Assembly: GCA_021513715.1 (NCBI GenBank)
Contig: CP084167.1
Location: 992,001-1,056,000, forward strand
Length of the DNA stretch: 64,000 nucleotides
Reading direction: 5' to 3'
DNA from: Candidatus Heimdallarchaeum endolithica
GTDB taxonomy: Archaea > Asgardarchaeota > Heimdallarchaeia > Heimdallarchaeales > Heimdallarchaeaceae
This document shows, in pieces, positions 11,488 through 21,062 of this stretch. Position numbers and translations under genes: made by a program. The notes under the pieces were generated by a model. The model was not told where the DNA came from. It searched no databases and saw only the letters and a list, made by a program, of their open reading frames with translations. The stretch's first letter is position 1. Every line of letters starts with the position of its first letter.

Positions 11488-12765
11488 ATGGTGAAAAAAG
11501 TGGATAAAAAAGAAGCTATGAAAAAAATCAAACCAATCATTCAAGAGTATTTCAATAGCAATGACTTTACAGAAAGCAGTAAAATAAAGTTGGTTGTTCC
11601 ATCATATGGAGAACATGAAGTACTAGAAGTAATCGATTCTTTATTATCTACTTATGTCACAATGGGAGAAAAAGTATATTCTTTTGAAGAACAATTTTCA
11701 AAATATATTGGGTGTAAATATGCAACAATGGTTAATTCTGGTTCTAGTGCAAATTTATTAGCATTACAAGCACTAGCAAATCCAACACTTGAAAATCCTA
11801 TCAAGCCAGGAGATGAAATAATTACAACTTCGTTAACATGGTCAACTTCTGTTTTTCCAATTTTTGATATAAATGCTATTCCAGTTTTTGTTGATGTTAA
11901 CAAAGATTCTTTAACAATAGATGTAAAACAACTTGAAACAGCATTAACTTCTAAAACAAAAGCTGTTCTTGCTGTTCATTTATTAGGACATCCGTGTCAA
12001 ATGGACGTTTTAGTAGATTTCTGTGAAAAAAATGATTTATATTTAATCGAAGACTGTTGTGAAGCACATGGAGCAGAATGGAATGGAAAAAAAGTTGGAA
12101 GTTTTGGTCATATAAGTACGTATAGTTTTTTCTTTTCTCATCATATTTCAACAATTGAAGGAGGAATTGTACTCACAAACATTGATGAAATAAATCAATT
12201 ATTAAAGTCATTAAGAGCTCACGGGTGGATTCGTGAAAGAAATGATAAGACTGAATTAGCTAGAAAGTATAATCACATCGACCCTAGATTTCTTTTTGTT
12301 AACAAAGGATATAATTTACGACCAACTGAAATACAAGGTGCATTTGGGATACATCAACTAAAGAAGCTAGAAACTTTTTTAAAAATTAGAGAAGAAAATG
12401 CTAAATTTTGGATTGATAATCTAGAAGAATATAGAAAATTTATCCATATTCCAAAAATAGAAGAAAATATTAGACATGCTTGGTTTGGATTCCCTATTAT
12501 TATTTCTGAAAAAGCTGGATTTAAACGAGAAAATTTCGTAAAACATCTTGAGAAAAACAATATTGAAACTCGTCCAATTATGGCGGGAAATATAATTGAA
12601 CAGCCAGCCATGAACTATTACAAATGGAAACAAATAGGACCATTAGAAAATTCTTCAAGAATAATGAAAAATGGTTTTTTCTTTGGAAATCATAGTGGTA
12701 TCAAACAAAAAGAAAGAGAATATATACTTAAAATAATACAATCTTTTCTAGATCACTACATATAA
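11488..12765 (+). CDS. colD: PLP-dependent DegT/DnrJ-family enzyme, ColD-type GDP-4-keto-6-deoxymannose 3-dehydratase
   Basis: NSGSSANL; SFFFSHHISTIEGG with His in place of the Schiff-base Lys; no RfbH-type Fe-S cysteines after HGW. Confidence 0.7.
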   Translation: MVKKVDKKEAMKKIKPIIQEYFNSNDFTESSKIKLVVPSYGEHEVLEVIDSLLSTYVTMGEKVYSFEEQFSKYIGCKYATMVNSGSSANLLALQALANPTLENPIKPGDEIITTSLTWSTSVFPIFDINAIPVFVDVNKDSLTIDVKQLETALTSKTKAVLAVHLLGHPCQMDVLVDFCEKNDLYLIEDCCEAHGAEWNGKKVGSFGHISTYSFFFSHHISTIEGGIVLTNIDEINQLLKSLRAHGWIRERNDKTELARKYNHIDPRFLFVNKGYNLRPTEIQGAFGIHQLKKLETFLKIREENAKFWIDNLEEYRKFIHIPKIEENIRHAWFGFPIIISEKAGFKRENFVKHLEKNNIETRPIMAGNIIEQPAMNYYKWKQIGPLENSSRIMKNGFFFGNHSGIKQKEREYILKIIQSFLDHYI

Positions 12766-12834
12766 TATTTTTTAATTCATATAATTTTTCATAAAAACAT
12801 TAACTATTTATATTTATTATACAGATAACCACCA

Positions 12835-13980
12835 ATGAAAATTGCAATAATTAACCAATTCACAACTCCTGAAGCTGGAGGGCACGAAATAAATTTAGCC
12901 AATCTGTTATACAAAAAAGGCCATGAACCAATAATAATAACTTCAGAATATAAAACTCCTAACCTGACAAATTATAAGTACATTAAAGCAGACAAAAAAA
13001 AAGATAAAGAGCTTTGTCCATTCGAAATTGTAAGACTAAAAACAGTATTTATTTATTCAGAATTTCCAATTGTGAAAGGTATGAATAAAATAATAGCTGA
13101 TTTTCAACCAGACATTATTAATATTCATGAATTTTTTCAATATACAAGCTACAAAGGATTCAAGATAGGTAAAAAAAATAAAATACCTATTGTTTTAACT
13201 CAGCATTGTTACTACTTTCCGCCTAGTTTTATAAATAGGTTAGGTATGAAAATTACAACGAAACTTTGGGGAAAAAAACTTATTGAAAATAGTGATAGCC
13301 TTATAGCTATTGCAGAAAGTTCAAGCAAATTTCTAAAAGAAGTTTCAAAAAATCCCACATTGAAAGTAAATATAATACCAACCCCCTTAGAACTAGATCA
13401 ATTTCTTGAAATTAATCCTGATTTTATTGAAAATCCCAAAAATAATACATTTAGAATATTATATGTTGGGAGAGTAGATGAAAGAAAAGGTCTAAAATAT
13501 CTAGTGGATGCTACATCCATATTAACTAAAAGATTCAATAAACATCAAATTGTATTGGATATTGTAGGAAAAGGAAAAGACTTTGATAAGTTGAAGAGTT
13601 ACGCAGAAGAGAAAAATATTAATGCAAGGTTTCATGGATTTGTAGAGCATAAAAACATTTCAAAGTTCTATAAAAGAGCTAACGTTTTTGTATTACCTAC
13701 AATTACAAAAGAACCGTTTGGTAATGTGGCTGTAGAAGCTTTAGCTTCTGGTATCCCTGTTATAGCAAGTAAACTGGGTGGATTAGTGAACATTATTCAA
13801 GAAGGTACTGGTTTTTTAGTTCAACCGAAAAATGCTGATGAAATTGCTAATGCAATCACAAAATTTTTGCAAAACCCACTCTTATTAAAAAAGTACAGCA
13901 AAAATGCAAAAAAGCTTGGAATAAAATTTGCACATGTACCTATAAATTCTATTATTGACATTTTTCAAGATCTTATTTAA
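12835..13980 (+). CDS. Glycosyltransferase family 4
   Basis: VGRVDERKG and EPFGNVAVEA (EX7E) motifs. Confidence 0.92.
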   Translation: MKIAIINQFTTPEAGGHEINLANLLYKKGHEPIIITSEYKTPNLTNYKYIKADKKKDKELCPFEIVRLKTVFIYSEFPIVKGMNKIIADFQPDIINIHEFFQYTSYKGFKIGKKNKIPIVLTQHCYYFPPSFINRLGMKITTKLWGKKLIENSDSLIAIAESSSKFLKEVSKNPTLKVNIIPTPLELDQFLEINPDFIENPKNNTFRILYVGRVDERKGLKYLVDATSILTKRFNKHQIVLDIVGKGKDFDKLKSYAEEKNINARFHGFVEHKNISKFYKRANVFVLPTITKEPFGNVAVEALASGIPVIASKLGGLVNIIQEGTGFLVQPKNADEIANAITKFLQNPLLLKKYSKNAKKLGIKFAHVPINSIIDIFQDLI

Positions 13981-14031
13981 ATTTTTTAAAAGGATACATT
14001 TTAAACATTAACAAAGAGATAGGTATTAAAA

Positions 14032-14976
14032 ATGGAAGAAACTGACTTTGAAAATAAAAACATTTTAATAATTGGAGCTGATGGTTTTATAGGTTCTCAT
14101 CTTTTTCTAAGACTTAAAAGTCTAAGTAAAAATATTGTAAGAACAGTTTATACCAGTGGCTCTGAAAAAAATCAGGTGTATAAAGTCGATATAAGAGATA
14201 AAGAAAAAGTAAAAGATATATTTAAAAAAAAGAATTTTAATACAATATACTATCTAGCGGGTTTGATTAATGTTTATGAATCTCTAAAAAATCCAGAACT
14301 TTATTATCAAGTAAACACGTTTGGTACTTTAAATATAATGGAAAATATTAGAAAATATCAAGAAAATTCAAAAATTATCTTTGCATCTTCAGCTCTTGTA
14401 TATGGTAAACCCATGTATTTACCTATAGATGAAACTCATCCATTAAATCCTATTACTCCATATTCATCATCTAAATCATCTGCAGAGCAAATTATTCATG
14501 GATATAGCAAAACATACGGTATTAGAGCTGTTATACTAAGAATTTTTAATGTTTATGGACCAAAACAAAATTATAATCTATTTATACCCGCATTTATTAG
14601 ACGTTGCTTAGAATCTAAGCAAATTTTAATTGGGAATATAAATGTTACAAGAGATTATATTTTTATAAACGATTTAGTAGAAGCAATGTTAAAGGTTGCA
14701 TTATATTCCAATAATGAGATTGAATATTTTAATATAGGTTCGGGAAAAGAAATACAGTTAGAAACTATTGTAAACTACATACTACAACTATCAAAAAGAG
14801 ACAAATCTTTCTTACATAAAAGCCAAGATCTTGTAAGAGAGAACAAAAATGAAATTTCTCGAATTTATGCCGATATTACAAAAGCTAAGAACAAACTAAA
14901 TTGGACTCCAAAAACTAGCTTAAAAGAAGGACTAAATATAACCTATAAATATTATAAACAAAATAAAATTTCTTAA
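14032..14976 (+). CDS. NAD-dependent nucleotide-sugar epimerase/reductase (extended SDR)
   Basis: GADGFIG, YSSSK, RIFNVYGP. Confidence 0.9.
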   Translation: MEETDFENKNILIIGADGFIGSHLFLRLKSLSKNIVRTVYTSGSEKNQVYKVDIRDKEKVKDIFKKKNFNTIYYLAGLINVYESLKNPELYYQVNTFGTLNIMENIRKYQENSKIIFASSALVYGKPMYLPIDETHPLNPITPYSSSKSSAEQIIHGYSKTYGIRAVILRIFNVYGPKQNYNLFIPAFIRRCLESKQILIGNINVTRDYIFINDLVEAMLKVALYSNNEIEYFNIGSGKEIQLETIVNYILQLSKRDKSFLHKSQDLVRENKNEISRIYADITKAKNKLNWTPKTSLKEGLNITYKYYKQNKIS

Positions 14977-15366
14977 CCTCTTATTTTTCAAATTATTAAA
15001 CTTTAAGCAAAAAAGTACATGAATTCTAAAAATCAGAAGAAAAAACTATGCGTTTTAATAAATATTATACAACCAAAGTAAGTTCTAATTAATGAAATAA
15101 TATATTGTCATTTTTACAGTCCCAACTCTGTCATAACACTCACAATGATTCCTCTTTGACCAACTTGATCTTAAAATAATGAATCGAAATTAATTGGAAA
15201 AATACATTCTTTTGCTTTATTTTATTTTTACTGATTATTTTGTATAACTACTATGTATCTTTTTCTTGTTCCTGCTTTAATTTCTATATATTCACACTCT
15301 TTTTTTTCACAATACAGCTTAAACATTTTTTCTAATTGTTTTTTGTGATATTTTTAAAAATATTAC

Positions 15367-15852
15367 TTGCTATTTTGTATGTTCTTTGTGCCCGTCCATG
15401 CTCAAATGTATGACCTTTTCGTCGTCGTAGGTTACCCCAAAAATGTTAGAAAAGATAAAGGAAAAGGGAAAGAAAAAAGTACTCGTTATTTTCGCAGAAA
15501 ACTTCACCAGTGGAATTTTTCTTTAGTTCTTTCTCTTCTCCGTCGAGCATTGATATTAGAAGGTTTTGCTCCTCATCGTATTCTTATAATAGACGAAAGA
15601 GGAACATCTTCTCATTGTTCCCGTTGTGGAAAAGAAGTTTCTCGTCCCGTTAGAGGGTTAGTACACTGTCCCTTTTGTAACTATACTTACCACTCTGATT
15701 TAACAGGAGCTAGAAATATTGCTCGTAAGTTCCTTAGTCATCTTTTTCGTCCCCGTGCTACAACTATTGCTGATTACTTTACTGGTCAAAAATTCAGTCT
15801 TACTCATTACACTGTTTGCCGAGGACTCAGCCATTGGTTGCAGTCCCAGTAG
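15367..15852 (+). pseudogene. tnpB: 5'-truncated TnpB (IS200/IS605 or IS607 OrfB)
   Basis: DERGTS-x2-CSRCG...CPFC zinc finger followed by HSDLTGARNI (RuvC-III); N-terminal half missing. Confidence 0.85.
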
Positions 15853-16095
15853 ACAAAAAGAAATAATTACTCTTATATTCAAGGGCTAGTTATTCTTTCA
15901 TTTTTGTCTCTCGTGGAGTGAAGAAAAGAGCTTACAACTCTTTTTTTCTTTATGATTCCCCCGATTCGTGTATGACGTCTGTCTTAATCCTTCTTCTTTC
16001 ATTGTATGTTAGGATTAAGTTCTCAAGAAACTGACAATTATCTATCTTTGTTTTTTTCTTGAAAGACTGAGTTCGACAAACTTCGCAAAAAGTAA
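15851..16095 (+). ncRNA. Putative TnpB omega/right-end RNA scaffold
   Basis: Four consecutive hairpins directly after the tnpB stop (15851/15909, 15923/15945, 15983/16019, 16023/16062). Confidence 0.5.
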
Positions 16096-16135
16096 ATCAT
16101 GCTTAAAAAAAAGAGAAAAATTTAATGATACAATT

Positions 16136-16552
16136 TTAAATCTGTATTCTTATCCAATAGGCAGGATGGTCTGACTGTCCTTCTTCAACATATTGTGCGT
16201 CTAATACAGTAAAACCACTACTAAGAAAGATATGATCGATATTATTTTCAGCAACTGTTCCACATCTTAACATCCAAGAGTCTTCAAAGACAGCAACGGT
16301 GACGTTATATTCTATTGAATAAGGACAGAAGTTAAAATCTCCTATAAAGATAACATTAGAGAGACCTTCAGTCCTACTCACCATTTGTTGTTGTTGATAA
16401 ATGGTTGTTTGTTTCTCCTCTCCTGCAGGATGATTAACAAAAACATTGAAAATGTGATTACCCACTGTTATCTGTGCTTGTGCTGAGCCAATATGCTCTT
16501 GGTCACTATAAGTAAAAACTCGTTGGAGGAAGGTAACCCATTCATTAGGCAA
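16136..16552 (-). pseudogene. C-terminal fragment of endonuclease/exonuclease/phosphatase-family protein
   Basis: GDFN, IDHIF, SDH motifs; N-terminal motifs absent. Confidence 0.75.
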
Positions 16553-18511
16553 GACTTGAACGAAAACCGTAGAAGATGTTTTTACGTAAAAATTGTTTTC
16601 TTTCTTATTAATTTATTCTTCTCAATAACTTTATATTTTCTAAAAAGATACAAGCTTGTGCGTTACCAAGACTCATTTAACTCTTCATTATACTCTATTA
16701 TTCCACAAAGCAAATTAAAAGGGGAGGTTAAAAAAGCAATTCTATTTGAATTACTAAAAAATTTTAGTCAATTTAAGAAAGAGGGAGAAAATGAATTAAT
16801 TTACAAAACTACTGAAGCGATCAAAAAACTAGTGGAAGAAAGAGAATATAAAACAAGCAATAAGCATTTAAACAAAAGAGTAGAAGTTAAAACTTACATA
16901 GAAAAGGTAAAACGAAAAATTTCACTTGATGAAATGCATTCGACAAATAAAATCACCCCCTACCATCTTTCACTTCTAGTAAATCAAAGCGAAGAAATAA
17001 AAAAAGCCAAAGGTGAATTCAATACTCCTTATTATATTGGAAAATTTTTACACAAACAAATTTTTTCTTTTTATTTAAAAGAACAGAAGAAAAGCTTGAT
17101 AGAGCTATCTCAAACTAATTGGGCAGATCTTGCCTGCGGTACTGGAAATTTAGTTATGACAAATTTTTATGAGACAAAAAGAAAAGCTGAGAAAAGTGAA
17201 ATAGATCAAGAAGAATTTTTTTATAATCTCTTAAAGAACCTCTATGCTACAGAGATTGATCCTCTTTCTCTTGCTCTCTGCAAACTAAGAATTCTACTTT
17301 TTTTCTCCTATTTTTTTCCTGATATACCCATCCAAAACAAAGATATAACACTGGAGAAGAAAAATATCTTAGTTAAAGAACAAGAAGAACCTTTTCTTGA
17401 CTACATCTTGCTTAACCCTCCTTTTATGACCTATGGATTAAGAAATGGTCAAGAGTACAACGAAGAATTGAAGCAATATTTACGTTCTCACTATTTTTCA
17501 GCCGAATATAAGCTTCCACTCTATACTCTTTTCATCGAGCGTTCTATCGATTTATTAAAAGAGGGAGGATTACTTGGTATTATCAGTCCTGACAGTTTTC
17601 TGTTAGGGAGATATTATTCCAAGATAAGAAAGTTTATCCTTAACAATAGCCAAATCAAACAGATTAGTTTATTAGATTACGAAGCGTTTGACAAAGTCAC
17701 TTTAGGAAGAACAGCTATATCATTCTTTGAAAAAAAGAAAAACAAAAAGGATAACAAAAAACAAGAATTTTACTCATATTTTTTTCCCTCTTATAATCAT
17801 TTTATTAGAAAAGATAGGAAACAAGGCTATAAAAACAATTTATCTCAAACATGGTTAGAAAAAAATGAATTTTGCCGTTTCTACATGTTTTTTGATGAGA
17901 AAGAAGAAAAAATAGTTGAAAATTGGTTTGGAAAAGCAGAACAGAGATTAGCGGAACTTGTCACAATTCATACAGGGGTTAGAAGCAAAATAGGACAAAA
18001 GAAAATAATATCCACGGAAAAATTAGGTTCTAACTGGAAAAAGGGTCTAATAAAAGGAAAACAAGTCTTACCATATGGTTGTATATACAAGGGACTTTGG
18101 TTGAACATCGATCGTACTCTTTTATGGTCTGGTGGGTTTAACCCTGAAATCGTGGAAAAAACTAAAATTTTACTAAGACAGACAGGCGATAGACTTATAG
18201 CTTGTGTTGATACAGATAACTATTACCATTTAAACAACATACATTCTCTTGTTCCAAAAAAGAAAAACGTTGATCTTTACTCTTTAGCAGTTATTTTAAA
18301 TTCTGAAGAATTCAATCAAGTTTATCAAATTCTAAGTATGGAAAGGGGAAGAACTTTTGCCCAAATAGATATGGATTTTTTACTTGAACTCCCAATCATA
18401 GAACTAACAAACAACCAGAAAGAGAGATTAAGAAAATTCTACCTAAAACAAAAGGAGAGGAGAGAGAAAGGAGAGGAGTTAGAACCTACAAAACTAAGCA
18501 ATCTACTATGA
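16493..18511 (+). CDS. N6-adenine DNA methyltransferase (Eco57I/TaqI-like, gamma class); true start probably near 16658
   Basis: GEFNTP, DLACGTGN (motif I), NPPF (motif IV), TaqI-C-like KILLRQT. Confidence 0.85.
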   Translation: MLLVTISKNSLEEGNPFIRQDLNENRRRCFYVKIVFFLINLFFSITLYFLKRYKLVRYQDSFNSSLYSIIPQSKLKGEVKKAILFELLKNFSQFKKEGENELIYKTTEAIKKLVEEREYKTSNKHLNKRVEVKTYIEKVKRKISLDEMHSTNKITPYHLSLLVNQSEEIKKAKGEFNTPYYIGKFLHKQIFSFYLKEQKKSLIELSQTNWADLACGTGNLVMTNFYETKRKAEKSEIDQEEFFYNLLKNLYATEIDPLSLALCKLRILLFFSYFFPDIPIQNKDITLEKKNILVKEQEEPFLDYILLNPPFMTYGLRNGQEYNEELKQYLRSHYFSAEYKLPLYTLFIERSIDLLKEGGLLGIISPDSFLLGRYYSKIRKFILNNSQIKQISLLDYEAFDKVTLGRTAISFFEKKKNKKDNKKQEFYSYFFPSYNHFIRKDRKQGYKNNLSQTWLEKNEFCRFYMFFDEKEEKIVENWFGKAEQRLAELVTIHTGVRSKIGQKKIISTEKLGSNWKKGLIKGKQVLPYGCIYKGLWLNIDRTLLWSGGFNPEIVEKTKILLRQTGDRLIACVDTDNYYHLNNIHSLVPKKKNVDLYSLAVILNSEEFNQVYQILSMERGRTFAQIDMDFLLELPIIELTNNQKERLRKFYLKQKERREKGEELEPTKLSNLL

Positions 18512-19323
18512 GAAGTGAAAAAATGAAAGAGAAGCCAATATTAACCATTGATGCAAAGTATTTGGGAATGAAATTTGACGAATTAATAAGGAACTATCCA
18601 TATTTAAGTAAATTTTTGATCAGCTCTAGACCACCTAAATTTGATTTAGGAGAGCCATTAACTCTTTCAGAACTGAACAAGTGTCTCTTCAAAGAATTAA
18701 GTGAACTAGATATAGAAGTGCCATTCAATCATTTAATTCCAGCCTATAGTCTCAGAGCTGCGAATGCACAAGCAATAAATGAACTAGTAAAAAGTGATGA
18801 GCCAATTATAGAAATTGGTACAGGGGCAAGTGGAGCAATAGCATTAATATTAGCAAAGAAGTACGGAAAGAGAATTATAGCTACAGAAATAAATGCTGAA
18901 TCTTATGAAAGTGCAAAAAAGAATATCCAGCAAAATAAGTTGGAAAAGAAAATAACTTTATTCAAATCTAATGGAGAAATAATTAAAGGAATAATACCGA
19001 AAGGAAATTATGCTGCTCTAGTAAGTTATCCGCCTATTTATCCTTCTGATTTAACCAAACTTAAGAAACGAAGAGGGTGGAAGGGAGTTAAAACTGAGCT
19101 AATCGCAGGAAAGAATGAACTAGATTTTGCTATCCAACTAGTCAATGAATCTTTAAATAGCAAGGATGTGGAAATAGATTTTGTTACTGTTCAAGTAATG
19201 AATAAAGTTCAACTATTCAAGCTTCTTAATCTTTTTTCTGATAGAAAAGAGTGTTATTTTATTGAGATTATAGCAGGAACGAGAAAAAGATACATACTAG
19301 TTGTAGACAATAGATACAAATAG
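18508..19323 (+). CDS. RlmF-related SAM-dependent methyltransferase
   Basis: HLIP, EIGTGASG, ATEIN, YPPIY motifs. Confidence 0.75.
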   Translation: MRSEKMKEKPILTIDAKYLGMKFDELIRNYPYLSKFLISSRPPKFDLGEPLTLSELNKCLFKELSELDIEVPFNHLIPAYSLRAANAQAINELVKSDEPIIEIGTGASGAIALILAKKYGKRIIATEINAESYESAKKNIQQNKLEKKITLFKSNGEIIKGIIPKGNYAALVSYPPIYPSDLTKLKKRRGWKGVKTELIAGKNELDFAIQLVNESLNSKDVEIDFVTVQVMNKVQLFKLLNLFSDRKECYFIEIIAGTRKRYILVVDNRYK

Positions 19324-19746
19324 TTCTCAATGGACAAAGTTGAAACGATCAAGAAAATTTAAACTTAGGTTTTTAAATTTAAAAATTAAAGTTTAAAAAT
19401 TTTAAATTTGGTCTTTCTTTCTTAATTTGAATTTTCTTTGATATTGCTTTGACAATATATTTTTTAGTAACACTGGAAGATTAAACTTAGGTTATTTGAG
19501 TTTAAATTTTCTTTGATATGTTTTTAATTTTCTTATTTTTGCTGATTGTGTAGTTTTACTATTTTTCTCATTTTATCTTTCTTTGTATTTTTTCCAATAA
19601 GTTGTTAGATTTCAGAGTATAATAATTCTATTCTTCTAAACAAATTTGTTTAACTTTTGTTGTTTTTCAGTAATTAGAAATAGATTATTAGATTTGTAAT
19701 GCTTCAAATTTTTCTGATAAAAAAACCTCTAGTTTTTTGTTAATTG

Positions 19747-20646
19747 TTACTCTTGTAATTTATTTTCTTTAGTCTTTTCTGAATTTGTCCACTTTCTGAA
19801 ACTTGTATCCAACAGATCTAGAAATTCACTTCCCACTTCTTTTTTCTCATTATTCTCTGTAGAAGTTATTATTATTGAATCTCTATCTAGTTTTATTGGT
19901 AATCCCATTGCTTTATCTTCTATAATCCACTTTTTTATTTTTTCTATATCTTTTTCACCTAAAAATTCTGCTAGTTCTTCTATTTTTATTCTATGGTAAG
20001 CGTCCATTATTTTTTCGAATCTTTCTTTCCATTCTTTTATTTTCTTTAATCTTTCAAAGTGTTTATTTTTTTCTTCTTTAATATTTTTATATTTTTCAGG
20101 GAATTCTTTTATCTCTGATTTTATTTTATTTATTACTTCTTTTGCTTGTCCTAGCTCAACCTTTGTTGAACTTACGAGGAAAAATGGGAAACTTATCTTC
20201 GAGAATTTTGATAAGATATCATTGTATTTTTTTTCCCACTGTTCTAATTTTTCTTCAGTATCACATTTTTCATTGTAGCTCGACAAGAATATTTCTACAT
20301 ATTTTTCTACAGTTTTTTTGAGATTTTCTAAAAGGTTAAAACAACATTGATAAAACTCTTCTTCCAGTTCTATTAATGTAGCATTTACATTTTGCTTTTT
20401 ATTTAACAATTCTAAATAGAATTGGTCATTTTCTTGGTTTGCATCTGCTAACAATTGTTTAGAATAGTTATTCATTGTTTCAATTAGCGATGAAACTTTA
20501 TACCTTACCTGTCTTATTTGTTCATATATTTCTTCTATTTGTCCATAATTTATAGAAGGTAGAATCTGTTTTATTTTACTAAGTTTTTTTTCTAAACTCG
20601 AATACTCTTCATAGGTTTGTTTCATTTCTTGTAGTGCAATAGACAT
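19747..20646 (-). CDS. Coiled-coil protein with C-terminal PCI-like winged helix
   Basis: Long heptad region, then AYHRIKIEELAEFLG...PIKLDRDSIII. Confidence 0.5.
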   Translation of the reverse strand: MSIALQEMKQTYEEYSSLEKKLSKIKQILPSINYGQIEEIYEQIRQVRYKVSSLIETMNNYSKQLLADANQENDQFYLELLNKKQNVNATLIELEEEFYQCCFNLLENLKKTVEKYVEIFLSSYNEKCDTEEKLEQWEKKYNDILSKFSKISFPFFLVSSTKVELGQAKEVINKIKSEIKEFPEKYKNIKEEKNKHFERLKKIKEWKERFEKIMDAYHRIKIEELAEFLGEKDIEKIKKWIIEDKAMGLPIKLDRDSIIITSTENNEKKEVGSEFLDLLDTSFRKWTNSEKTKENKLQE

Positions 20647-21062
20647 TTTTCACTAAAGTGAATCATTTTTTACCTTTAAATCTTTTTAACTATTATTTCT
20701 ATTCTAATTAGAAAAAATATTTTTTCTTTTCTCTTGATCTTGAATAATTTGTCATTTTTATCTGGGAAATCATTTTTTTTCTATATAATTCACACAAACA
20801 AATCAAACTTGACCTAAAAATAAACTATATAATCTTACTACTCAACAAAATCATTTTTTTATTTTTTTATTTCTTATTTTATTGCTATTTTGGTTATTCT
20901 TTCTCCACTTCTACCTTTTGTTCTTTTTTTCTCTTTTATTCTTCTACTTTCTATCTTTCAAATTTATTGATACTTTCAGTTATTAAATTCACCTTTTATT
21001 TTACTATTCCAAAAGATTTATAGTTTCAAAGTCCAAACTACGCGCTTAAATAAGGTGTTATT

